NCBI GenBank assembly: GCA_004764695.1 | Contig: SMSO01000005.1 | Span: forward strand, 1,550,001-1,614,000 | Length of the DNA: 64,000 nucleotides | Origin: Schizochytrium sp. TIO01 | Taxonomy: Eukaryota; Protista; Bigyra: Labyrinthulomycetes | Reading direction: 5' to 3' | Part shown: positions 8,237-19,636 of the stretch, in pieces | Numbering within the stretch: position 1 is the stretch's first letter | Layout of the letters: the number at the start of each line of letters is the position of its first letter | Program-made: the position numbers and the translations under genes | Notes under the pieces: model-generated | Database searches by the model: none | The model's input: the letters and a program-made list of their open reading frames with translations, nothing else | Told to the model about the DNA's origin: nothing

Positions 8237-10640
8237 TTCAACTTTACAATCTTTTTTGCTTCCTTCTTTCAAGCGAACCACGAATCGCTATGTACGCAAA
8301 CTAATATGCATAGAGCCTTTGTTCTCTGTGTTCAAGAAAGAAGAAGGCGTACCTTCAACCTTACGGCCTAAACTCTGTCTAAACCCACCCCTCATTTGTA
8401 ATTTTCCAACCCTGTGTAACATTACTTTTAAATGAAAATATAAACATAGAAATGACTTGAAAGAAGATTAAAAGTTACATTTCTTAAAAAAATATATAAT
8501 GATAAAATACTTATTTTTTTAAAAAATATATATATGTATGTATTTGACGAGGGCCGACCCATCAATTATGGTAACCAAAAGCTCAGACCACGTCGCAAAG
8601 AGCGGCTTTCTGCCACATTTACCCGAGTGCGCCGTAGGCACTCAGGCATACGCCCCTCTCCCGTTGCTTCACGCGCATCATCGCTCACCCATTCAATTTC
8701 AAGAGTGCGCGCTTAGAATCAGCCAGAGTTAGTCAGTTGCCCTTCTTGGTAGTAGCTCCATCATTCCAACACTCACTGCGGCACAAATCGCCAGGAATGA
8801 GATTTGCGCGCACACTTGGAAGGTCCTCGGGGACCCCACGCGAGCAGGCCCCGCTCCTGCTGGCCCTATATCCGGCTGCCCTGCAGGTGGGACCGTGGGG
8901 TGCGCACAAAAGAACACACCGGGTCCCCGAGGGGCACAAATGCGCGCTGTGATTCTCATTGTTGGGGAGGTGTCACAAGACCACTGGACCGAAATCTCAT
9001 AGTTGGCCGGAGTGCCAAAACGAGGTCGCGCGGAATCAGCCGCTGCCGCAGCTGAGGGCTACGAAACCACCGCTGAGACCGCCCTGCGGCGCTTTCGTCC
9101 TGGACGCTGCAAGCTCTCACCGTTGCCCTTGCCTGCGCAATTTTGGCCTCCCGACCGGCACAAACCTCGAAGGCTTTCAAGACAAAGCAAAGCAAAGCAA
9201 AGCAAAGCAAACCACAAAGAACCCACAGCTCCGGAGGTCTTATGGTTATGGGTAGGTTGTTGCTACGAGGCAGGCACTCAGATGCTCAGGTACACACCTG
9301 GTGAGCTGCGAAACGATTCCAGGCGATGGGGCGCGAGAACTTCGCGGTCGGCGGCGTGGCCTGGCGCTGCCTGCGTGCCTGCGTGCTCTCGAGGGCCGGG
9401 GCTGCGATAGCAATTCTGAAAGGTTGTGGCTGCATGAGCGCCACCGGTTCTTCTTCAGTTTCCTGAGTTCATCTTCAGAGGTTTGCTGCGTTCTTTTGCT
9501 TTCTTTTCGTTGATTGTTTTACAAAATTGTAAGAAACTACCTGTTTTTTCCTTTTCCTTTTTTTCTTTTCCTTTTTTTCAGCAGTCTATCGATCAACTCA
9601 ACTCAGAGACTCCCTCAAGAAGTGACGCAAATAATTCTGAAAGGCGCACTCAATCCGTTGCTGCCGCGTATTCAGAGCTGCAGAATATACACCAGCAAAA
9701 CATCTCATAAGCGAGCGAGAGCAGCGAACAAGTTGAGCGATGAGGCCACTGGTTTACTGATCGCAGGCCGTGTAACTAACTACATATGTTTTCCAACGGT
9801 GGACCTCGACACAAAAGAAGACTTTAAAATATATTTTTTATTAATGTTTTTTATTTTATTTTAAAAAATTAAAACATAACAAAAGCAACAAATTACTAAA
9901 AATCGACGACAGAAATCACCGATTGAACACTCAACTACGATTGCGCCAATGTCTTGCTGCCTAAAGGGCGTAGCCCCTCTGCACTTGATCCAAGCCTGGC
10001 CGCTGCGTCTGCTTCGGCACCTCTGCTCTTGCAGAGGCGCTCGTTTCCTGTAAACCCAGTGCGCTGGTGCCACTCAGAACTGCCTGACTGATGGAGGTGC
10101 TCATCGTCGTCGCGACGCCAGGCGCTCTCGTGCCGAGTCCCCATAGACACAGCCGCCGCTACGAGCAGCAGAGCAGGATCACGGCAGCGTTTGCGAGCCA
10201 CCGGGGTCCTGGAAGACAGACAAGCTAGCTTGTGCGTCAAAAATGAGCCGTGAGAATCCGGCGCCTCTTTTGTGAGATGGCCGCTGTTCGGGCACAAGTC
10301 CTCCAAGTGCTGCTCGCTCAGGCCCTTCAAGCCGCGCCAGCGGTCGCGGATTTGGTCTGCGAGAGACCGCAAAGGGGAGACAGCTCCTGCTCGGCGGCCC
10401 ATAACTAGCTAGCTAGCTAGCTAGCTGCGTGCGGCGCTTGGAGACCAAGTCTTGATCAAGCCAGGCAGCCCAGGCTGGCCTTGTGAACTACTTACTAACT
10501 TGCACGCGAGGCTCGTTGTGCACAATTTCAGGCGAGAAGATCTCATGGGTCGCCGCCGATTGTGAAGCCACGAGAGCTCGGACGTCCGGATCGCACAGAC
10601 GCTTAGCCAGCTAGCTAGCGAGCGGGCTAGCTACCCGCTG

Positions 10641-10715
10641 GCTGCGTGGCTGCGTGCTGCGTGGCTGCGTGCTGCGTGGCTGCGTGCTGCGTGGCTGCGT
10701 GCTGCGTGGCTGCGT
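10641..10715 (+). repeat. 15-bp minisatellite (GCTGCGTGGCTGCGT)x5
   Basis: Five exact tandem copies read directly. Confidence 0.95.
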
Positions 10716-13052
10716 GGCGTGGCAACTCTTGCTCGCGAAGGCGACCCATGAGAATCAGCTCGAGCAATCTTTTAGAAGTTGGCACTGGACGCATGGGTGT
10801 TCCCAAACCTGCTCACTAATTCCAAGTGGGCAACTCGAACGGAGGTAATTGACGTATGAGAATGTTTGCAGGAGAAGACTTTGAAGGTGGGTTGGTGCGG
10901 GTGACAATAGTTAAGTCGTAGACTATATTTACTGAATAAAAGAAACCCCTTTCGTTGAGGGAAACGCGAGTACAGTGCTGATACAGTGCTGGCAGCGTGA
11001 AGTAGTCTGCAAGCGCAATTCCTTTCATGTGAGAACTGTGACCGCACTGGACCACGTGCAATATCGTGGGGCGCTTGCATATTCCATCAAAAGTATAGCG
11101 GAGGTGTGGAAGTCCGTTTATCATCAAGTGACCCATGAGAATCAAAGTTGAGTGAGCCTTTGATGTTGTTTGTTATAGAAGAAGTGCATACCTTCTCTGA
11201 CTAGTTGTCCAGGGTGTACTCCAGGTTGGGAACACAAATCACGATGATAGATTTTCGTGACTAGCAGAAGTAAGATTTACAAGGCACTCCTACGTTGCAC
11301 ATGAGACTGTTATTTACGTAATTCCAAAAGCTCTTCCAGTAGAGACTTTGTGCACATGCGTCCGCGAGCATATGACCTATGGGAATACCATATTTTAGAG
11401 CGCCACCCACTAGATTACTTCAAACAATTAACCTGGAGGGATCTTTTCACTTTTAATATTAGCCATACTTTGAGCATTTGATCAATCAATAGAAGACTTG
11501 TCGAGGGACCTATTCTTGCACTTTCTTTAGACGAAAGAGCCTTCTCATACTGGAATTGTCAGACCTAAGTTAATAAAGTGAGTTGATGTCCAACTGAAAA
11601 TTCACATGAATAAGACTGTTGTACCGAAGAAAAGATACCGAAGTTTTGGTACTCTTCCTTTCACACCCTGTTTTCAACTATTGAATATTTCGTGCAAGTA
11701 CCTCTAGCTAGGGGCAGTACTCTAAAACAATCCCAGACCGCTTGCAGCTGTAGTCCCATTCTGCCATCTTATCTATTGCTCGCCTCTTAGTAATCTCAAA
11801 TGAAGCTTACAGTCACTACCCCGAAAGCCAACATGGTTGGCTGTTACGCTGAGGATCGTTAATTTGCATGAGTTTGGTCCTGTCTCCGTACTCCTGAAAC
11901 ATTCCTCATGCATATGTTGCATAAAACGTTTCCATTAATTCTTACTTGTGCACTCACTCCAGTCCTGCTGTAATCGCAGTGCTGACGACCATAACACCTT
12001 TGTGATAGGGGTGTTCAATTTTCCATCCTTTGCTTCTTTTCCAGTATCACAACGTCTTCTTCATTTTACAACCCCACCCTGCTAGCACAATCCTCCAACG
12101 TCAACTCCTCAAGCTCTACTTCGCGCCTCGACAACCCCTCCACTGCATTTACTCCTCTCTAAGGTTCTCGCAAGAAACAGGAACGGCGCTCCAAATGTCC
12201 CAAGTTCTGCCTTCGCGTAACCGCACTATTATAGCGTGAATAGGAGTAGGAGACCATCATGCCTACATCAGCTCCGTTCTCAACTCCTTCGTCATTTCAT
12301 TAGAGCGACGACATTGAGGTCCAAACCATTGGGCTAGAGCTTGGCCAAGGGTGCTAAATTAAGTAACTAACAACAACCTTCTCTAGCGTTGGTTGAGCTA
12401 GAAGAACCTCCGTTGGAGTTCTCAAGCTTAAGACTTTTGTTCATTTCTGTCCTAATATAGTTCGCCTGGAATAATAAGAAGGCTCATAATACATATACTA
12501 GCAGAGAACGAAAAGAACAGAACAAGTTTGGTCGTTTAACTTCGTGTGATGAAGCAATATGAAGCAGACCACTTTTACTTTTTTCCCAAGGCCGCGTACG
12601 AAGCCTCCGCGCTATCGCAAGAACCAGAAGGGCCGTGCTTCCTGGGCCGCGTCAGCCACGCCACAGCTGCCCCCTTTACCTCAAACCTGCCCTCTCGAAG
12701 ACGCTTCGAGCCTGCAACCACAGGCATCTCCACGCATCGGGCAACTCTCACCAGCACTGCTCTCAAAGACAAGCTAGCTAGCTAGCTAGCTAGCCCGCTA
12801 GCTGCGTAACCTCTTAGAACGAAGTGACTCGAAGCAGACGTGAACAGATAAGCATAGGTCCTATGCATTGACGTGAAGAACGTCTATATTTGGGATTTTA
12901 AAGATCTGATTACAGTTGCCAAAACAAGCGGATTTTGAGAGTGAATTCTTTTAGGTCGGGGAAAGAAACTCGTCTTGCACATTACTTCCTTGATCGAGAC
13001 TGGCAAGAAGCTCTGAAAACAACGTGTGATTGGCCGCACGGTATAAGTCAGA

Positions 13053-14009
13053 ATGGATAATTCCAAGCACATTAGCTCTTCGAGCTCTACCTCAGAATCT
13101 GCAAAAGAAGAAGTAGCCACGAAGTCCCCTGAAATTGAGGATCATGGTCAAAAAGAAGAAACACAGCTGGTATACGCGAGCGAAGAACTCGGAAGGTGTG
13201 CTCGAGAGCTTGTGAAAGCATTAGATGAGATGAAGGGCCGTGTGGAGATCGAGAAACTTGCAACTCAGGAGGGCCTGAGCGCAGACACCACAACGCTTGC
13301 TGCCCGCTATCTTGAGAAACTTGGTCTCGTCAACGTCACCTGGGACTCTGACCTGGACTCTGCTGTTGCAGAGCTTAGCGAAACCTTTTTGAGCGATGCT
13401 GAGTCAGGCCCAAGCCCAAGCCACGCACAATCAAGTCTACAATTTCTCGCCGCAAGGGTCGGCATCGAAGACGCAAAAGTTGAACTTCAGATGCTTACGG
13501 AGGTAGTAGAGGTTCTTAAACAAGTCGTTCTTGCCTCGGTCGAATCTGCTGGTGTAAATAATTTGTACGTCACACCAGAAGACTTAGCAGATGCTGCACG
13601 CCCGGAGAGCCCAAACGACCAAGTTATTGTGGTTCGTGGGCCCAAAAGCGCCAAGCTTAGTGTGGAAAAGCTTGATGACAACAAGACAATGCAATTAAAC
13701 TTTAAGAGCCCTGATAGTGAAAGTACTCCCATGTCTGCTTACCTCCTGCAAAAAACTGGTCTTCTAGCAATTGGGGAATCATTAACTGACAGCCCTGAGT
13801 CGTTGCAGCAGAACTATCCGGATAACCATAAAAGAGAATATGCGCCGAGTCTTGCTGCTCAATCTACAGATGAGCAGGAAGAGACAAAGTGTGATGTCGA
13901 CGATGAGTCTCTCGCAGATATCAAATGCTCTAAGCGCCCACCTCTTCGTGCAATCACAGAGGGGGTCTCCCCTTCTAGGAAAAAAAGCAAAACGCTCCTG
14001 CAAGCATAA
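13053..14009 (+). CDS. Divergent E2F-family protein (winged-helix-like region, coiled coil and marked box), 318 aa
   Basis: ELGRCARELVKAL...IEKLATQEGL...LEKLGLV follows the E2F DNA-binding-domain pattern (SLGLLTxKFxxLL...LEGIGLI). LYVTPEDL...DQVIVVRGPKSAKLSV...MQLNFKS...PMSAYLL matches the E2F marked box (AYVTxEDI...DTLLAIRAPxGTxLEV...YQIxLKS...PIxVxL). C-terminal SPSRKKSK is a CDK-site/NLS-like motif. Confidence 0.65.
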   Translation: MDNSKHISSSSSTSESAKEEVATKSPEIEDHGQKEETQLVYASEELGRCARELVKALDEMKGRVEIEKLATQEGLSADTTTLAARYLEKLGLVNVTWDSDLDSAVAELSETFLSDAESGPSPSHAQSSLQFLAARVGIEDAKVELQMLTEVVEVLKQVVLASVESAGVNNLYVTPEDLADAARPESPNDQVIVVRGPKSAKLSVEKLDDNKTMQLNFKSPDSESTPMSAYLLQKTGLLAIGESLTDSPESLQQNYPDNHKREYAPSLAAQSTDEQEETKCDVDDESLADIKCSKRPPLRAITEGVSPSRKKSKTLLQA

Positions 14010-14428
14010 TCTATGCTACATCTCTTTCTAACTTTTGTATACAAGCTTTTACCAACGTGCCGAACTATACTGTTAGCCATTATCCATTGTAACATTTTAA
14101 GAAGTCAGTATTTGTGCGTCTATATATATTAGCTCCTCTTTTACAATGACAAATTCTGTATCTGTTGTCATGAACTTATTAAGAATCAAACATATAGACT
14201 CGGAGAGACTCGTTCTTTCCTCAGAGAGCTGCATACTGCACCTATGGTTAGTTGGACCTCTTCATTCTCTACCTCGAAGAAATATATATATATATATTAT
14301 TTATTAAGGTGCAAAGAGCGTTGTATTTACTTAACTGTTAGGAAGTATGCTGGTTGATGTTTTCTTAGTTGAGCGCATGAAACAATGAGCTCGGCCGGTG
14401 TGAACTCACTCAAACAATTGTTTTTTTT

Positions 14429-17356
14429 TTAATTCAAATAGCTTCCTGCACAGATTCGAGCCCATTCACGCAAACATCGCTGCAGAAGCTTAACAATGTA
14501 ATGCAATCTAGCGCCTCGATTTTGAAGCGCTATAGCTCGGATCTCAGCGCATACGCGTCGTTTTTGACGCCGAACGATTCTGAGCATTATCTTCAATCGT
14601 TGTTGCTCATCATGAATATCAACAGAGGAGCATTCGCCTATATATTTTACCCGGCGAGCCAGATTGGAAAACTCAAGGTAGTGAGAAGGCGCTGTTTGAC
14701 CTGGAAATGTCTCACATCTGGTTTTGCGCTTGTTAGCTCGTTGCAATGAAGCTGCATGCTGCCAGGCTTTGAAAATCTCACGTTTGTGTTGAAGTGCTGC
14801 TGCTGTTTGTCGCTCGAATTGAAGTTCGAGAGTAGCTAAACGCCACCGACAAAGATACTTGTGCTTGCATGCACGATTGAGCTGTTGACCACGAACAATT
14901 CTTTGCCATTGTTTGAACAACCCTTTTAGTTGGAAAGCTTTTACTTGGTAACCCTGTCTTCGAATTTTGTCCCTCACAAGTAACTGCCAGTGCTCAAACT
15001 TTTTCGACAACTCAATTCTCTCTTTTGCTCGCTGGGCGACATAGCCATGCCACATGTGCAAGTAGTACTTTTGTTCAATTTGACGTCGGATAGACTGCGC
15101 AAATTCAAGCATTGTCCGAGCCAACAACGAACTTTGCAAGGCACAAGCGATTCTATGCCATCGGCAAGTATACTTTTTCACATTTGCAGCAAGGTTCCTC
15201 CACACCGAGAAAGAAGTCTTCTTAAGCAGTCTTTCCCCCATACTCACATGAGATGCTTTGCGCCAGATCTTGAATATTTGACGACATAATTTCTTCGCTC
15301 GTTTTTTCTTCCGGTTCATTTTAGCAGCGTTTCGTGAAAATGCTCTCAGAACTCTCTTCAGTTTTGCCTGACGGAAAGCATTGGCCATGCACTGGCAAAG
15401 ACTTTCAAAGCTTTCTCTCTTTTCTTTTTGAGCTATGCAAAATCCTCTGAATTCTAGGAAAAGTTCACGTATATGTCTAGCTTGAGCTCTTGAAGTAAGT
15501 TTTCTGTAGTTATTGTACAAAGAAGCAAATGAAGTTGTTTGTTTCCGGCCACAGAAGCAACGCCATCGATTGAACGCATCGAATTTATAGGTATCAATCA
15601 CGTGGGTTGTCCATTTTATAATGCTCCAACGCAATAATAGTCGCTCTTGCATTTGACCAAGACACTCAGCCTGCATACATCTCAGGTATACTCGATCGCT
15701 TGCATACTCTCCCAGTGCTTCGAATGAAGCAAGTAAAACTCTAGTTTTCCGTTTCTGGACAATTTTTTGCAGATTTGTCCACCTGTGACTCCACTCTCTA
15801 AACTGAAGTCTAGCAGTACGCTTTTGCCAGATTCGGAAAGCTTGCGACATTTGTGCACTATTTCTTATAAGCTGATGCCAAGCAGTAAACGAATTCCTTC
15901 GATAGACACTTTGAGACGCCTTTCGTAGAGCAAACAAAAGATCTTCAGCTTTTTTCTGGTTTGTGACTAGTTTGAGCCATACTTCAAAGACATATCGATA
16001 TACACGCCTCTGAGAGCAAACTATAATAGAGTTTAGAGTGTGCTTTAAGGTCTGAATATGAGAACCGTATAATCTAATTTTTTCAAAAGCGTATCTGAGG
16101 TATAGCCTCTGGTGAAGTTCAACTATACGCTTTATGCGTTTCTGTAAAAGCTTTGAAACAGATCTCCATATGTAGAAACTTCTCTGGATTGCACTCTTCT
16201 GCATCAAAGAGACTTCAATGGTTACAAATGCTTGTTTGATGCGATGCTGATGTCGAGTATATATATGCCACGAAGTTATAATACGACGTAATAAAAGTCT
16301 TTGCTTTATACATCGTTTTAATCCCTGGAAAGAGAGGCTTTTACATGATCGTTGCCACATGACTTGCCCCTTCCATGCTGTCAAAATTGTGTACTTCAAT
16401 TGTAATAATTGAGCAGATCTGCGACGAGCAGCATGAACTGCATGATCCGATATCCGTGCCTTCAAAAAAACGCGCTGCCAAAGCTGCCAGAAAAAGAGTC
16501 GTTGCTGAGTCACTTCTTGTGTATACTCTTTCCAAGATAGTAAGGTCAGTCGAGCTTGCTTAATCTGATTTCTCTTCTTCATGGTCTCATATCGAGTTAT
16601 TAAGCGCCACACACAATAAAAGTGGCGCTGAATGGACCGCTGCTCTTTCCAGTCCAAGAGGGCCCGGAACGCTTTGTCTTTGACTTTCCACTCATGAACA
16701 TGTCGCGCCAAGAGGGCCTGGGGAGAACTCGAACTACTTACTTCAGCAGATAGAGCAACCGATAGCAGAGCTGGCACGTTACGGCGATTCTCCATGGCGG
16801 TCTCAATTATACCCTTGCGACGGGGAGGCGTAGTAGCAGTTAAACCCTTCAAGAAGAATTTTACCTGGTGCAACTCCTGCTGTCGCTGCTGTTGTGAAAT
16901 ATTTGGGTGTTTTGGTTGATGGAGTTTTTGTGAATGATACCTACTGCAGAAGTCGCTTTCAAGATAATTTTCCTCATGATGTTCGAGCTTTGCTAATAAA
17001 TTCAAGGTTTTTCCCTGTTTAGGATTCAAGCTTTCTTCAGGTTTCCTGCTTTGCAACGCCAATGTTGGTGCACGCCTTCTCAGATGACTAACGTTCGAAG
17101 CGTTGCTGTTGTTTTCAGATCCTGAACTTCTACCGTTAGTGCTCCCGCTATTTTCTTTGCCAAGTGAGCTCGCCTGGCTAGAGGCTGTGCGCTCGAGAGC
17201 CTTCTTCGCTTTGATCTTTTTTTGCACGATCTTGATTTGTTGCCTTCGTGCCACCTCTTTTCGTAAGGCCTTCGATTTACTAGATCCCACTTGAGCTCCA
17301 GTGCTTTGGCCTGTCATTGAAGCAGTCAACGCATCCATGTCTCGGAAGTTCATCAT
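14429..17356 (-). CDS. Sfi1-like (centrin-binding-type) helical repeat protein
   Basis: Long basic helical ORF with about 20 recurring [F/L]xxW[R/K/H/Q] motifs (FYCVWR, SFYIWR, SFTAWH, AFRIWQ, AFNRWR, IFKIWR, KFEHWQ, IFKAWQ and others), typical of Sfi1 repeats. First in-frame ATG is at 17356; the ORF track start at 17395 is GTG. Confidence 0.6.
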   Translation of the reverse strand: MMNFRDMDALTASMTGQSTGAQVGSSKSKALRKEVARRQQIKIVQKKIKAKKALERTASSQASSLGKENSGSTNGRSSGSENNSNASNVSHLRRRAPTLALQSRKPEESLNPKQGKTLNLLAKLEHHEENYLESDFCSRYHSQKLHQPKHPNISQQQRQQELHQVKFFLKGLTATTPPRRKGIIETAMENRRNVPALLSVALSAEVSSSSSPQALLARHVHEWKVKDKAFRALLDWKEQRSIQRHFYCVWRLITRYETMKKRNQIKQARLTLLSWKEYTQEVTQQRLFFWQLWQRVFLKARISDHAVHAARRRSAQLLQLKYTILTAWKGQVMWQRSCKSLSFQGLKRCIKQRLLLRRIITSWHIYTRHQHRIKQAFVTIEVSLMQKSAIQRSFYIWRSVSKLLQKRIKRIVELHQRLYLRYAFEKIRLYGSHIQTLKHTLNSIIVCSQRRVYRYVFEVWLKLVTNQKKAEDLLFALRKASQSVYRRNSFTAWHQLIRNSAQMSQAFRIWQKRTARLQFREWSHRWTNLQKIVQKRKTRVLLASFEALGEYASDRVYLRCMQAECLGQMQERLLLRWSIIKWTTHVIDTYKFDAFNRWRCFCGRKQTTSFASLYNNYRKLTSRAQARHIRELFLEFRGFCIAQKEKRESFESLCQCMANAFRQAKLKRVLRAFSRNAAKMNRKKKRAKKLCRQIFKIWRKASHVSMGERLLKKTSFSVWRNLAANVKKYTCRWHRIACALQSSLLARTMLEFAQSIRRQIEQKYYLHMWHGYVAQRAKERIELSKKFEHWQLLVRDKIRRQGYQVKAFQLKGLFKQWQRIVRGQQLNRACKHKYLCRWRLATLELQFERQTAAALQHKREIFKAWQHAASLQRANKRKTRCETFPGQTAPSHYLEFSNLARRVKYIGECSSVDIHDEQQRLKIMLRIVRRQKRRVCAEIRAIALQNRGARLHYIVKLLQRCLREWARICAGSYLN

Positions 17357-18118
17357 CACAACACGATTCTCCACTGAATTAACTTCATGCAACACTACGA
17401 TGCCTTATAGCCACCACTTTGGCTACACCAATGACGTTCTGATGGGCATGAATTGCTGTACTCATCTCTTGTAGTGCTCTTCACCAATCTAGACCCAGTA
17501 ATAGTAGGGTACGACATAGATAAGTACCTATTAATAGATAGGAAAATTACCGGACAAACTTAACTTGCACTTCTGGGCTCCTGAAGCTTTATAAACTAGT
17601 AGGATTTTGCGTATCACCTCGCTTAAGCTAGCAACTCGATTTCGTAGACGGCACATTGACCAAGCGAGAAACGAGGAGGGTTTTGCGGGATCGTATTCTT
17701 GCAATTCACTCTCGCGCACGATTTATTTTTGGCACCTTCGTCGAAAAATAAAAGAAGAAAGAAAGAAAGGAAGAGAGCGAGAGAAAAAAGAAATAAAAAG
17801 AAATAAAAAGAACGAGTGAATGGACGAGTAAATGCACGAACGATGAGAGCATACCAAGATCACGGTACGCGTCGCCCGTAGAGTCGCGCGAGGAACTCCA
17901 TTGAGGTGCTTAATTTGCTTTCCCTTTGCAAACTATTTTCAACTCTTCCACGAGCCAGGAAAGCTACCGACGTCAAGGTTAGTAGGTTAACGTAAGGCTT
18001 GCTCGCGAGATCAAACCACCACGGAACGCGAACCTTGTTGGACGACCTTGTTGGGGGTGGAAGGGGCTTCAAACCAAACTTGTTGTACACTGCGGTAGTC
18101 TGATCTGAGGCTGTGCAA

Positions 18119-19504
18119 ATGGTTGAAGTTGTGACTCTCGATGCCGACGACAGCCCCGAAGAAAACGTTCCAGAGGTTGAAAAGTTGCAGTGTGGACTTC
18201 TTCTGAGAGAACGCTGGCTTAAAGCCTCAAGTTTCACAGGTGAAGATGCTATACTTGAGAGGCTTTTGGACGCAGATTTGAGGGCAGCAAGTAGCGGATC
18301 TACGTTGCCTGCTGATATGGTAGGACTACACAACGTTACTCTTTCAGGCAATGTTCTTCTTCAGGTTGTATCCGCTTCAGATGTTGCGGCATCGAAACGA
18401 TCCTTGGAAAAGTCACGAATAGCACTTGAAGAAGAAGAAGATGGTGAAAATGGTGATGGGAATCCGGGTCAACAGAAAAAGAACGGACAGCCAGCGATGC
18501 CGACCCCTAAACGGCTTTTAAAGATTGACTTTACGGACGGCAAAAATAGATTTATTGGCATTGAACACAGGCGTATCGAAGCGCTTCAAGGTTATCCTGG
18601 AGAGAAAGTGTTGCTCAAAGAGATTCCCATACGCAGAGGTATCATGTTGTTAAGCCCGGATAACCTTGTTGTGTTGGGCGGCAAAGATTTTCGCGAGCGC
18701 AAAGCCTCCTCGTCATCGTCTTTGGCTGCAGCAATGCAACCACAACAAAAAATTAACCCTCAAATTCAGCCAGCATCGAAGCACCCACAACAACAGGGAA
18801 ATAACACGATTGGGTGCGTTCAGTCAGGAAATCAGGCTATGCATTCAAGCACGCTCAAGTCAAGGACGCCGAGTCCAGTTCCACCTGCAACACGAACTCC
18901 ATCGCCACTTCCACCAAAACCTGCAGAAACAAAACCAGCTCCAAATGCTTCCCTTGCTCGGTCAAGCTCGTCACAGAGTCAATCTTCGACTTCTACTAAC
19001 TCGACACAAGGAAACCGACCTTCCCCTGCTCAGCATGCACCACGATTTGTAGCAAGGCCAATTCAAAGCGCGCCGGCGACGAAGATGTTCGCGTACCTTG
19101 AAGACATCAGTATTGGAGACAGCGCAGTTGTGAAAGGTTTTGTCTCTGGTATTAGCAAATTCACCATCAGTACTGACGAATGCTCATTACTCCTCGAAAT
19201 CGGTGATGGAAAATCCGTCAGAGAGGTTTCTGTATCTCACACTCCTTTGGAACATCTTTTGCAGTTACCCATAGCAGAAATTCAGGTAATGAAGCGGACG
19301 CAGCGACAGAGCTATAAAGCACACATGGCTAAAGCAAGCGAGCGAATTCGTGCTTTTGAAGGTCTGTTCAGAATTGAATGTAATTCCTCCGGTGATGGAG
19401 GGTCCAGATATGCCCTTCTTGGCGTTGAAAACGAAAGAGCTTCTGAGTATACGCAATATCTTTTAAGTTCGATGCAACAAAAGTATGGCACTCGCTCAAC
19501 TTGA
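18119..19504 (+). CDS. RMI1: RecQ-mediated genome instability protein 1 (N-terminal OB fold, low-complexity linker, C-terminal OB fold)
   Basis: N-terminal OB: DADLR...LP...LLQV...RLLKIDFTDG...GIEHRRI...PGEKVLL...IRRGIMLLSPDNLVVLGG. The C-terminal FAYL...VKGFV...LEIGDG...LEHLL segment resembles RMI1_C, which argues against TDRD3. ATG at 18119. Confidence 0.85.
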   Translation: MVEVVTLDADDSPEENVPEVEKLQCGLLLRERWLKASSFTGEDAILERLLDADLRAASSGSTLPADMVGLHNVTLSGNVLLQVVSASDVAASKRSLEKSRIALEEEEDGENGDGNPGQQKKNGQPAMPTPKRLLKIDFTDGKNRFIGIEHRRIEALQGYPGEKVLLKEIPIRRGIMLLSPDNLVVLGGKDFRERKASSSSSLAAAMQPQQKINPQIQPASKHPQQQGNNTIGCVQSGNQAMHSSTLKSRTPSPVPPATRTPSPLPPKPAETKPAPNASLARSSSSQSQSSTSTNSTQGNRPSPAQHAPRFVARPIQSAPATKMFAYLEDISIGDSAVVKGFVSGISKFTISTDECSLLLEIGDGKSVREVSVSHTPLEHLLQLPIAEIQVMKRTQRQSYKAHMAKASERIRAFEGLFRIECNSSGDGGSRYALLGVENERASEYTQYLLSSMQQKYGTRST

Positions 19505-19636
19505 AGGAAAACCTACCTAGTTTTTTTGTATTATCTTCACTGGAAGTCATGGCATTTAGATGCTTTGCATGGCACAACAGTGTATGACTGTAATTTATAA
19601 TGAATGAGCGTGTGTTTACTTTTGTGACGGTGCATG

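Noticed and set aside
7782-10402. Many overlapping 60-155 aa ORFs in GC-rich patches
   Set aside because: Arg/Ala/Pro-rich translations on both strands with no domain signal; consistent with GC-rich non-coding DNA.
10641-10715. CRISPR-like array
   Set aside because: Head-to-tail repeats with no spacers, no cas genes, and a eukaryotic context.
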